Source of the DNA: Candidatus Saccharimonadota bacterium
Lineage (GTDB): Bacteria > Pseudomonadota > Gammaproteobacteria > Enterobacterales > Enterobacteriaceae
Direction: 5' to 3'
NCBI GenBank assembly: GCA_041941795.1
Contig: CP145872.1
Coordinates: 90,001-122,000 of the forward strand
Length of the DNA stretch: 32,000 bases
Both the position numbers and the translations under genes were made by a program. Position 1 is the stretch's first letter. Every line of letters starts with the position of its first letter. Below, piece after piece: positions 8,942 through 17,769 of the stretch. Below the pieces are notes generated by a model, which had not been told where the DNA came from, ran no database searches, and worked only from the letters and a program-made list of their open reading frames with translations.

Positions 8942-9823
8942 TTAACTATACCAGTGAAAAAAGTTGTAAAATTCATAATAGCTGAATAATGCTTGTAATT
9001 GTTCATGATTTGGTTTAGTGACTGCCATATGTTTATAATTAGTTCCGATCTTCACATCGGTGATGATAGTGGCTAGTTGTCGAGAAAGCAGAGCCACTTC
9101 TTGATGTTTTTTTAAGCTATTTATAATTTTTGTTGCCTTCCGATAAGGGATGATATTTTCAATTTTATCTAGATTATAAAAAATTTCGTTTAAGCTACCT
9201 ATATTTTGTAAAAGTTTTTGTGCTGTTTTAATTCCTATACCTGGAACTCCGGGAATATTATCCGAATAATCTCCCATTAAACCGATCAGATCAGTAATAA
9301 AATCTGGTCTCACACCATATTTCAAGAATACTTCCTGGGGTCCCAAAATAAAATTCTGAGAAGTCATAATTTTTATATTGGGAGTCACGAGTTGCGCAAA
9401 ATCTTTATCATTGGTACTGATATATATAATTTTTCCTTGTTGTTCCGCTCGTTTGGCTAATGTGCCAATTACGTCATCGGCTTCTACGCCTGCTTGTACC
9501 TGTATCGAAATACCCATAGCTCTTATCAATTCATATAAAGGTTCTATTTGATCACAGAGTACTTGGGGCATTTGGGCTCGATGTAATTTATATGCTTTAA
9601 ACAACTCGTGTCTAAATGTTTTTCCTTTAGCATCAAATGCTATTAACATATAAGTAGGATTATATCGATGTAAAAATCTATGGATCATATTCATAAAACC
9701 ATATATTGCCCCGGTAGGGTACCCCCTCCTATTAGTCAAGGTAGGAAAAATATAGTAAGCACGATATAAATAGGAAGTCCCATCTATCAAAAAGATCGAA
9801 TTTTTTCGGTTGATATTGGACAT
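8942..9823 (-). CDS. polA: DNA polymerase I 5'-3' exonuclease (FEN) domain as a stand-alone ORF
   Basis: The 293-aa ORF aligns to E. coli Pol I residues 1 to ~300. The acidic sites are retained: LIDGTSYLYRAY, FDAKGKTFR, GVEADDVIGT, STNDKDFAQL, LMGDYSDNIPGVPG. It ends at ..YYEFYNFFHWYS* (E. coli ..KKYEFKRWTAD), the start of the interdomain linker. Confidence 0.92.
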   Translation of the reverse strand: MSNINRKNSIFLIDGTSYLYRAYYIFPTLTNRRGYPTGAIYGFMNMIHRFLHRYNPTYMLIAFDAKGKTFRHELFKAYKLHRAQMPQVLCDQIEPLYELIRAMGISIQVQAGVEADDVIGTLAKRAEQQGKIIYISTNDKDFAQLVTPNIKIMTSQNFILGPQEVFLKYGVRPDFITDLIGLMGDYSDNIPGVPGIGIKTAQKLLQNIGSLNEIFYNLDKIENIIPYRKATKIINSLKKHQEVALLSRQLATIITDVKIGTNYKHMAVTKPNHEQLQALFSYYEFYNFFHWYS

Positions 9824-9847
9824 CAGGATCTACTATTATCCATTAAA

Positions 9848-10438
9848 TTATGTGGGATGTTGTGATAAAAATTTTATTATTTTTGCATATTGCTGCCAAT
9901 TATGGAGATTATTTGTAATTAGATATTGCCCATTTACTACAATGGTAGGAACAGAAGTTATTTTGAGATTTTTGGCTGATTCTTCTTGTTTCACTACCAA
10001 ATAGTGAACCAAAAAACTGTTCCATACCGCATCATAATCACGTTTTTTGATTCCTATTTTAATGAAACACTTACGTACATCTTCTGAAGAAAAAATCTTT
10101 TTGTTTTTAATTCCTTCAAATAACGGCGCAATTATTGCATCTTGAACTTGTAGCACCATGGCTACACTCCATGCTTGAGTTAGGGTTTTTCCCATTGATC
10201 CTCCTAAAAAGGACAAGTGATATCTATTTTTTAATTTATCATGGATAATATATTCTAATTGATAACAATGAGGACATAAGAATGAAAAGAACTCTACTAC
10301 CTTTGGTATTCCACTGATAGGTGTTTCAAGAATGGTTAGATAATGATCACCATTCCGCAATGGAGCCGAAAAAGCGGAAGAGATATTAAGAGACAAAAAA
10401 TTGATACAAATAAGGAGGAGACTTAAACATTTTTTCAT
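9848..10438 (-). CDS. dsbA: periplasmic thiol:disulfide oxidoreductase DsbA
   Basis: The ORF contains VEFFSFLCPHCYQLE (the CPHC active site), an N-terminal signal peptide (MKKCLSLLLICINFLSLNISSAFSA) and the C-terminal VPTIVVNGQY motif. The ATG at 10438 is preferred over the TTG at 10450 used by the ORF track. Confidence 0.93.
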   Translation of the reverse strand: MKKCLSLLLICINFLSLNISSAFSAPLRNGDHYLTILETPISGIPKVVEFFSFLCPHCYQLEYIIHDKLKNRYHLSFLGGSMGKTLTQAWSVAMVLQVQDAIIAPLFEGIKNKKIFSSEDVRKCFIKIGIKKRDYDAVWNSFLVHYLVVKQEESAKNLKITSVPTIVVNGQYLITNNLHNWQQYAKIIKFLSQHPT

Positions 10439-10839
10439 TTTATTAACCAAAGAAATTATTAATATCAGCTTTAGTAGCTTACAGAACAGTCTTAATCAAT
10501 TAAGTTCCTTAAGATAAAATTTATTACTTTTACAAAGTACCACAAATACCATTAGTGGTGCATTTGGATATTTTATTCTACTGAAGATTCGAAAATTTTA
10601 AGCAAGAAATTTTCTTTTCTTATTTTATACCTAAAATAGAATGTTTTTTAGCTCCTATTATTCGGAGCTCTTGAATATTTATAGATAATAGTAGTTCAGT
10701 TATTCACTCCTTAATATGTAATTAAATTAAGATTGAAGAATGGTTCTATCTGTCCTGTTGTGGATCATAAAAAACCGAACCAACAATACTTCATTTCGCT
10801 CCCTTTCACTATCTATGATTTTTGTCCACCTTAAGGAGT

Positions 10840-10859
10840 AAATATGTCTAAATATGTCT
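10840..10859 (+). repeat. perfect 10-bp tandem duplication (AAATATGTCT x2) spanning the purH start codon
   Basis: Read directly from the sequence. It sits immediately after a strong RBS (TTAAGGAGT) and duplicates the ATG. Confidence 0.9.
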
Positions 10860-12402
10860 CCTCATTCTCCCCATTACTCACCAACTTTTCCTATGCGGCT
10901 TGCTCTCTAGTATAACATACTAGCTCGTGCTCTTGTCTGTCCACAGAGGGGGGGCGAATTACTTTCGATAGGAGGAATTTTGCCCCGATATTAAATAATG
11001 CCGGGATACCAGTAAAAAAATTACAGATTATACACTATTGCCCGAAATAATGAATAAAATAGTCAAAACTATTCATTCAAAAATATAGGGGGGAATATTA
11101 TGGCGTCGATACTTAGATGAACCAATAATAGATGAACTATCTATAAATAGATTTATTAGTTAATTTTTTCTCCGTTACGAGAACAACGTGATAATATAGA
11201 AAAAAGGATATTATAGAGCAGATAGATATTGGGATGCGGCAAAATTCCTATAATATAACTCTTATTAGAAGAGACGATTATGAATGGGTTATTACTGAAA
11301 TAGAGAATAACAATCTTTCTATGACGTGAGAAAAGAGATGTACTTGATCCAGAAAAGCATGTTAGTTAACAGCATCGTATGCTCGGATAATTTATAATTT
11401 TTTTCAGATGAGCAGAATATTCCGACAAAACATCGGCAAGAATGATCCCTAAGTTGACACCTGAAATACATTTACATTTGTTAAAACAACAACTCCGGTA
11501 CGGTGAACATCCTCATCAACAGGCTGCATTATTATATGTTAACCCTCGGATGAAGAAGAAACTACCATAACAACAGCACGACAGTTACAAGGAAAAGAAC
11601 TTTCCTACCAGAATATTGTAGATAGTGATACTGCATTAGAATGTGTCGAAGAATTTATTGATTCGGCTTGTGTCCCAGGCAGAGTGTAGCTTGGGGTAAT
11701 AATATTTACGAAGCATATAAAAATCGTGGAAAACTGATCCTATCTCAGCTTTTGGCGTAATTAGGGCAGTAGTAAATCGTGAACTGGATGAAGATACTGC
11801 TAATTTGCTGATTAAGCAACAATTATATTATTATCATCCCATCCGCCAATAAATCATCCTGAAAAATTATTTGCGACAAAAATGAATATCCGCATCCTCA
11901 TATCTGAGAGAATGCTACTTTGTCCTAGTAAGGAATTACACTTAAAAAGTATTTACGTCGGGAAAATTTAGTTCCACACAATAACAGAAGTATTACCAAA
12001 GAATAAAATTTCGAATACTTCTCGTCCCCCCCCTCCTCCGACATAATGTGAGGATGCTATTTTGAGCTGAAAAGTATGAAAATTTGTTAAGTTCCCCGCT
12101 AGTGTTTATGCCTCCAATAAAATGACTATTGGAAGAGGATGCGGTCCACTTAGCAGAATAGGATCAATAAATTGTCCGTATAAAAGCAGAAGAACAAAAA
12201 TCTTGAGGGCCGGGGATCCGTTATTATGGCTTCAGATGTTTTTGGACCATTTATAGATATCATTGAAGAATCCGCCCCCATGGTAATTACTTGTGTCATT
12301 CAAACCGGACGGTCCTCCCTACGTGATGAAGAAGTTAGTGCATCTGCTCATGAACATAATATTGCTATGATATTTACGAGTCACCGTCACTGTTTTCACT
12401 GA
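10844..12402 (+). pseudogene. purH: AICAR transformylase / IMP cyclohydrolase pseudogene
   Basis: Broken frames give LSTEGGR..IPVKKITDYTLLPEIMNKIVKTIHSKI*GGIL (E. coli [39 protein letters not shown]), [22 protein letters not shown] ([22 protein letters not shown]) and the tail MASDVFGPF..VITCVIQTGRSSLRDEEV..HNIAMIFTSHRH (MASDAFFPF..VTCVIQPGGSIRDDEV..HGIAMLFTDMRH). Confidence 0.9.
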
Positions 12403-12503
12403 ATAGTCCTAAGTTCTAGAAAAAATTAAGAGGGAAGAAGGGGAACCCAAAAAAAATTAAGAACTGTTAATTTCTCCAGTATCCCCTCCATATAGCCTGT
12501 TAT

Positions 12504-12779
12504 TTATGATTTTACCGCTGCTCTTAAAATTTTGCCCGAAATGAAGGTGGGAACATTAGTAGCCGCTATTTTTATTTCTTGTCCAGTTTGTGGATTACGT
12601 CCGGTTCGTTCAGCACGATAATTGACTTTAAAAGTACCAAAACCAACTATTTGGACTGTTTTGCCCGCTTTCAGTGATTCAGTAATAGCATCTAATATAG
12701 CTTCCAGAGCTATTTTGGACTGTATTTTAGTTAAGTTTGATTTTTTCGCAATTATTTCTATTAGTTCGTTTTTCTTCAT
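12504..12779 (-). CDS. hupA: DNA-binding protein HU-alpha
   Basis: [55 protein letters not shown] matches E. coli HupA more closely than HupB. The ATG at 12779 is preceded by AAGGAG, so the track's upstream extension to 12809 is unlikely. Confidence 0.95.
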   Translation of the reverse strand: MKKNELIEIIAKKSNLTKIQSKIALEAILDAITESLKAGKTVQIVGFGTFKVNYRAERTGRNPQTGQEIKIAATNVPTFISGKILRAAVKS

Positions 12780-13589
12780 AATTTCTCCTTGATTTTGAAA
12801 ATTTTCCATTGATAGTGATTTTGATCTCCGATCACTGTGGCAGATGATATAAAATTATTTAACTTAAGGAAAGTAGTAGTGTTTTCTAAGAGTGGGATCA
12901 GAATAGGTAAGTAGCTTACCTTATGTTATTCGGCTATACAAGTATTTAAAGTTACGTACGAATCTAACCTACATTTTAATTTTTTACTAGAAAAAAGAAT
13001 GAATATATATTTCTATTTAAAAATAGAAAGATAAGTGAAATAATTGAGTCCAAACTTTTAATAAATGATTTTATTTAAACTCTACAATCCTAAGCCAAGT
13101 CAGTAATTCTTATTAACAAGATTCTTCTAGGAGATCAAATTACAGATAATTCAAATAATCCATGAATTTAGACAGGAACACTTTTTTGATGGAAGCAAAA
13201 GACTCTCTAAGCTAAGAGAAGACATAAAAATTTTATCACTTCCTTTTTTACCTCGAGCCTGAACCAGGAGATAAATTATCCGCGCAAACTATTAGAGATC
13301 TTGATTTGATTTTTTTGCCAAATTTATCTCCATTAGAGATGATTGCCTTTCTCGATAATTAATTAAAAATTATAATAATTGTTATTTATTGGCTATTTTT
13401 CTTTCTGTACTTAGAAGTCACCGCATAACGACTTCACAATCGCAGAAAATAAGAATTACCAGAGACATTGCCTTATTTGAGTATTTCTCAGGAAAGAAGG
13501 GTTATTATTAGCTAGATTTTTATTATCTGTGCACCCCAATTGTAATAGATAACTGTTGTGGTTCATTAAGATAGATTGTTCGAAGAGAC

Positions 13590-13657
13590 GAGAGATGACG
13601 ATCTCAGAGTGTGTTGTGGAACACGAGCTATCAGAGACGATCATCTCTCTACTTTTT
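13590..13657 (+). terminator. long imperfect hairpin followed by a T5 run (orphan terminator-like element or structured RNA)
   Basis: GAGAGATGA (13590-13598) pairs perfectly with TCATCTCTC (13641-13649). Inner bulged pairings (CG/CG, TCTC/GAGA) and an apical GTGTT-GTGG-AACAC stem-loop follow. Then CTAC and TTTTT (13653-13657). No recognisable plus-strand gene lies upstream. Confidence 0.3.
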
Positions 13658-13710
13658 AATCACATTACTAGTGTCAGCAAGAAATAATGATAAAGATTGG
13701 GTGTGTATCA

Positions 13711-14382
13711 TTAGAAATTTTCTGAGATGCTGGATTTTTTTTCGTAGTCTTTAAGTTTAATAGGATGGATATTGTGATTAATTTTCAGTTTTTCCATGAC
13801 TAAAGGAAAAATATATCTTGCTATGGGAATAGTAGTACTTTTAATTAGGTCCAACTCTTTTATGCTTAAGTCAGGATATTTATCCCAACAGTTACCGGCA
13901 ATTCCCCACGATCCTGTCAACTGTGAAATACGATTTCTTATCTCCAGCGTACTTAGTACTGTTTCAGTTTCTTTTCCGTACCATGAAATATTATCACGAC
14001 GATATTCCGCCCAGTAAAATAATCCCCTCTTTGCTTCCAGAGCTACCAACACTCTTTTCGTGCCCATTATCCTCCAAGAAGTTTCCGCCATAAGAGCTAA
14101 AGTAGATACCCCTATCATAGATAACTCAGCACCTATTCCAAGTCCCTGAGCTACTCCCATGCCAATTCGTAACCCGGTCAAACTTCCCGCCCCCCTACTA
14201 TATGCTACTGCATCAAGATCCTGGAGATATATCTCGCCTTCAATGAGTATTTGTTGAATCAAAGGTAAAAGACGCTGAGAATGATTTCTATAACAATATT
14301 CTAGTCTCCAGTTAATTTGTCCTTGATTGAATAAAGCTACAGAACATACTTCGGTTGAAGTATCTAAAGCTAAAATTCGCAT
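13711..14382 (-). CDS. tsaB: tRNA t6A37 synthesis protein TsaB (YeaZ)
   Basis: MRILALDTSTEVCSVAL..AVAYSRGAGSLTGLRIGMGVAQGLGIGAELSMIGVSTL aligns to E. coli TsaB ([51 protein letters not shown]). The start is taken at the conserved MRIL (14382), not at 14412. Confidence 0.93.
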   Translation of the reverse strand: MRILALDTSTEVCSVALFNQGQINWRLEYCYRNHSQRLLPLIQQILIEGEIYLQDLDAVAYSRGAGSLTGLRIGMGVAQGLGIGAELSMIGVSTLALMAETSWRIMGTKRVLVALEAKRGLFYWAEYRRDNISWYGKETETVLSTLEIRNRISQLTGSWGIAGNCWDKYPDLSIKELDLIKSTTIPIARYIFPLVMEKLKINHNIHPIKLKDYEKKSSISENF

Positions 14383-14471
14383 TTTAACAAATCCATAGTA
14401 GTCATAACCCATTAAGGACTAAATTTAATTGCATCAATAATGATTCCTCCGGAACTAAAATATTGATTCTC

Positions 14472-15377
14472 TTATTTCAGATACTGCTTAGTGCGTAATG
14501 CTATAATACGCTTTTCTAACGAGGGATGGGTTTTGAACAGGTCAGTACGGGGATAAGATATTTTCGTATTCGTAGTATTACTTCCATGAATACAAAAAGC
14601 TCTGACCAGATTATTTTCCTTAGGTTCACAGCTACTTTTTAATCGTTGTAAGGCGGAAATCATCTTCTCAGCGCCTACCATCTTTGCGGCGCCCGCATCA
14701 GCATAAAATTCTCTTCTTCGAGAAAACCACATTGTTATTAAACTGGCTAGTACTCCTAATACACCTTGTAATATTCTGATTATCATAGAATATATCATAG
14801 TATTTTCAGAGTTAGTTTTAGAGATCCGATGATTGCTGGAGGATAATACCGATGTTATTTGTGATAGAATACGGACCATCAAAATTACCATAGTATTTAC
14901 TATCCCCTGAAGTAAAGTCATGGTTACCATGTCCCCATTACCAATGTGAGACATTTCATGTGCTAAAACAGCCTCTATTTGTTCCTTCTTCATGTTATTT
15001 AGCAAGCCGGTAGAGACCGCTACTACAGAATTATTACGAGTAGCACCAGTAGCAAAAGCATTCATATCTTCCGCGGGGTAAATCGCTACCTTTGGCATAA
15101 CTATGCCTATATGTTTTGCTTGATTTCGGATAATGTTTATCAGCCAAGATTCTAGTTCATCCTTTGGTTTGTCAATATACTTTCCTTTCACGGAACTTAC
15201 CGCTATCTGTTTAGATAGGAATAAGGAAATTACTGCGCCACTAAATCCACCAACTCCTGCTAGAAGAATAATTGTACTAACTGTTTTAAGTTTTATTCCT
15301 ATTAAACTAACCATCAATCCTAGTCCTATCATAACACTGATGTTAGTTATCAAAAATAGAGCCATTCTTATCATCAT
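14472..15377 (-). CDS. htpX: membrane zinc metalloprotease HtpX
   Basis: MMIRMALFLITN.., the HEMSHIGNGDM motif (HEXXH) and the C-terminal THPSLEKRIIALR are collinear with E. coli HtpX. An AAGGAG RBS precedes the start. Confidence 0.95.
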   Translation of the reverse strand: MMIRMALFLITNISVMIGLGLMVSLIGIKLKTVSTIILLAGVGGFSGAVISLFLSKQIAVSSVKGKYIDKPKDELESWLINIIRNQAKHIGIVMPKVAIYPAEDMNAFATGATRNNSVVAVSTGLLNNMKKEQIEAVLAHEMSHIGNGDMVTMTLLQGIVNTMVILMVRILSQITSVLSSSNHRISKTNSENTMIYSMIIRILQGVLGVLASLITMWFSRRREFYADAGAAKMVGAEKMISALQRLKSSCEPKENNLVRAFCIHGSNTTNTKISYPRTDLFKTHPSLEKRIIALRTKQYLK

Positions 15378-15499
15378 AAAATAACTTTCTCCTTTCTACG
15401 ACATGTTCGTTCTTTTGTATCTAGGTAGAACAGGGAACTCTTTCATCATTCCCTCCAATTAATATTATTATGATATTATTTAACGCGTTGTTACAATAT

Positions 15500-15687
15500 A
15501 GTACTTATTTATTGAGAATGTCTAATTCTATTTTACTTAATATTAGATAATAGGAACTAGAAACTGACTCTGTCAGCCGTAGGAGTGCATAAATGAGACT
15601 GCAGATTTACTTTATCATTTGCTAGGACTATTAAAATATCTAAATATTAATTTTAAACATGTGATTGATTTCTTGCGATCCAAATAA
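15500..15687 (+). pseudogene. hisI: C-terminal relic of histidine biosynthesis bifunctional protein HisIE
   Basis: Positions 15595-15687 read ETADLLYHLLGLLKYLNINFKHVIDFLRSK* (E. coli HisI tail [32 protein letters not shown]). Upstream, a shifted frame gives KLTLSAVGVHK (ETALAATVHDR). No other his sequence is present. Confidence 0.7.
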
Positions 15688-15702
15688 AAATAATTTTTTT
15701 CT

Positions 15703-16272
15703 CTATTTAGAATTTAGACTAATTAAGATACTACTCTGATTTTTATAGTGTGAATTGAAACGTCGATGATAGGGACGTACGGCTGGACCAGACAGAAGTT
15801 CAAAACTAATTGCCCCTACTAACATCCCCGGTCTAATAGCTAACGGTAATTTTCCAGAATTATAAAATTCCAGAACAAGACAACCTTTCCATCCCGGATC
15901 TATCCGATGTGCGGTAATATGGATCATTAGACCTAAGCGTGCAAGAGTAGAACGGCCATCCAGCCAGCCAATTAAATCGTCGGGCATAGTAATTGACTCT
16001 AGAGTGATTCCTAATACTAATTCCCCAGGATGAATAAACAAATAATCTTGATTTGAAATTATGAATTCTTCGCTCATTATGCGATTAATAATCTCGACAT
16101 TAGGATTGCTTAAATCAATATAGGGAACTGTAGATGCATGAAAGGTACGAAATTTATTTCCTAAACTGATGTCTACAGTAGCGCCATTAATTCTATGGCG
16201 TCCCGGTCGGGGAAAAATCACTAATTGACCACTATCCAGCCAATGTTCAATATCTCTGTCACAGAGTTTCAT
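15703..16272 (-). CDS. dcd: dCTP deaminase
   Basis: [74 protein letters not shown] is near-collinear with E. coli Dcd. Confidence 0.96.
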   Translation of the reverse strand: MKLCDRDIEHWLDSGQLVIFPRPGRHRINGATVDISLGNKFRTFHASTVPYIDLSNPNVEIINRIMSEEFIISNQDYLFIHPGELVLGITLESITMPDDLIGWLDGRSTLARLGLMIHITAHRIDPGWKGCLVLEFYNSGKLPLAIRPGMLVGAISFELLSGPAVRPYHRRFNSHYKNQSSILISLNSK

Positions 16273-16371
16273 TAATTGTGCTCCATTTTACATGGATATA
16301 TAAGATATTATAAGATATAATCATTTCAAATATTATCTATACTTCAACGAAATTAATATTATACAGAAGAT

Positions 16372-17757
16372 ATGTTAACTACTGAACTACTATCTCCAGC
16401 AGGAACGTTAAAAAATATGCGGTATTCCTTTGCATATGGCGCAGATGCAGTATATGCTGGCCCTCCTCGTTATAGTTTACGGGTGCGCAATAATGAATTT
16501 CATTCTGATAATTTATCTATAGGTATTAAAGAAGCCCATGACCAAAATAAAAAATTTTATGTAGTAGCTAATATTACTCCACATAATGCCAAGTTAAAAA
16601 CTTTTATTAACGACTTTAATCCTATTATCGATATGAGTCCAGATGCGTTAATTATATCTGATCCTGGACTAGTTATGTTAGTGCGCGAATTTTACCCCAC
16701 CATGCCAATACATTTATCGGTTCAAGCAAACGCTGTTAATTGGGCTGCTGTAAAATTTTGGCAAAAAATGGGCATTAAAAGAGTCATTTTATCCCGAGAA
16801 CTTTCTCTCGAAGAAATAGAAGAGATTCGACAGATAGTTCCGGAGATAGAATTAGAAGTTTTCGTCCATGGATCTATGTGCATTGCATATTCAGGACGAT
16901 GTTTATTATCAACGTATATTAATAGACGTGATTCTAACCAAGGAGCTTGTATTAATACTTGTCGATGGAAATATAATCTCCTTCCAGCTAAAGAAGACGT
17001 CAGAGGCAATATAGAATTAAAGAACCAATCCCTAAATTCTGGAATACAGATATCATCACAATTATTTTCCGTTCCTTTAGATAAAGAAGTGTTTCTACTT
17101 GAAAGTATTGATCATCAAACATCATCTAACTCTCCTGAAAGGAGAGAAAGCAAATATCTGCCTACTTTTGAAGATGTTCATGGAACTTATATTTTTAATT
17201 CCAAAGATCTACGAGCTATTAGACATGTACCACGTTTAATACAAATAGGTATCCATTCTTTAAAAATTGAAGGTAGAACTAAATCTTTTTATTATTGTGC
17301 CCGAACGGCTCAAATTTATCGGTTGGCCATTAATGATGCTTTAGATAGAAAACCATTTAATTATCATCTCTTAGATATGCTGGAAGGTCTTGCGAATCGT
17401 GGTTATACTGAAGGTTTTTTTTGTCGTCATCATGCGCAAAATTTTCAGAATATTAGTTCTGGATTTTCTAGATCTTTAAGACAAATTTTTGTAGGAGAAT
17501 TTACTGGAGAGCGGAGAGCTGAATTAGCTCAAGTAGCTGTTAAAAATAAGTTTTCTTGCGGAGATAATTTAGAGATTATTACGCCCTCTGGTAATATTAA
17601 TGTTGTATTAGATCGGATGGAAAATAAGAATTTTAAGTTAGTTAGTGTGGCCCCAGGAGAGGGACATTTAGTCTGGATCCCAATTCCACTTAATTTACTC
17701 TCAATAGAGTATGCGTTACTAGTACGTAATCAAGTCATTCCTTGCTCCAGTCTTTGA
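16372..17757 (+). CDS. yegQ: U32-family peptidase-like protein YegQ (TrhP, tRNA hydroxylation)
   Basis: ELLSPAGTLKNMRYSFAYGADAVYAGPPRYSLRVRNNEF..HLSVQANAVNW..SLKIEGRTKSFYYCARTAQIYR matches E. coli YegQ over its full length. Confidence 0.93.
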   Translation: MLTTELLSPAGTLKNMRYSFAYGADAVYAGPPRYSLRVRNNEFHSDNLSIGIKEAHDQNKKFYVVANITPHNAKLKTFINDFNPIIDMSPDALIISDPGLVMLVREFYPTMPIHLSVQANAVNWAAVKFWQKMGIKRVILSRELSLEEIEEIRQIVPEIELEVFVHGSMCIAYSGRCLLSTYINRRDSNQGACINTCRWKYNLLPAKEDVRGNIELKNQSLNSGIQISSQLFSVPLDKEVFLLESIDHQTSSNSPERRESKYLPTFEDVHGTYIFNSKDLRAIRHVPRLIQIGIHSLKIEGRTKSFYYCARTAQIYRLAINDALDRKPFNYHLLDMLEGLANRGYTEGFFCRHHAQNFQNISSGFSRSLRQIFVGEFTGERRAELAQVAVKNKFSCGDNLEIITPSGNINVVLDRMENKNFKLVSVAPGEGHLVWIPIPLNLLSIEYALLVRNQVIPCSSL

Positions 17758-17769
17758 GAACCATCAATT

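Noticed and set aside
10648-10669. An AGCTCC-N8-GGAGCT hairpin in the dsbA-purH spacer.
   Set aside because: The T-run precedes rather than follows the stem, so it is not a terminator for either strand, and there is no other context.
10755-10763. DnaA-box-like words: TGTGGATCA here, and TTATCCACT at about 7260.
   Set aside because: These are single, imperfect and unclustered matches, and one lies inside polA. There is no sign of an origin.
13456-13644. A 62-aa minus-strand ORF in the hupA-tsaB spacer.
   Set aside because: It has no RBS and no recognisable similarity, and its 5' end is built from the long hairpin. It is more likely noise or a relic.
13470-13660. A possible 4.5S (ffs) or 6S (ssrS) RNA, suggested by TCAGGAAAGAAGG and ATTTCTC strings and a long helix.
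   Set aside because: The conserved 4.5S core (GGUCCGGAAGGAAGCAGCC) and the 6S terminal helix and central bubble sequences are not present. The resemblance is limited to a few nucleotides.
15378-15480. A sigma32 promoter for htpX (GATGAAA ... CCTAGATA), and a 16-codon mini-ORF after GGAGGG.
   Set aside because: The match to CTTGAAA/CCCCATNT is poor. The mini-ORF has almost no SD-ATG spacing. There is not enough evidence.
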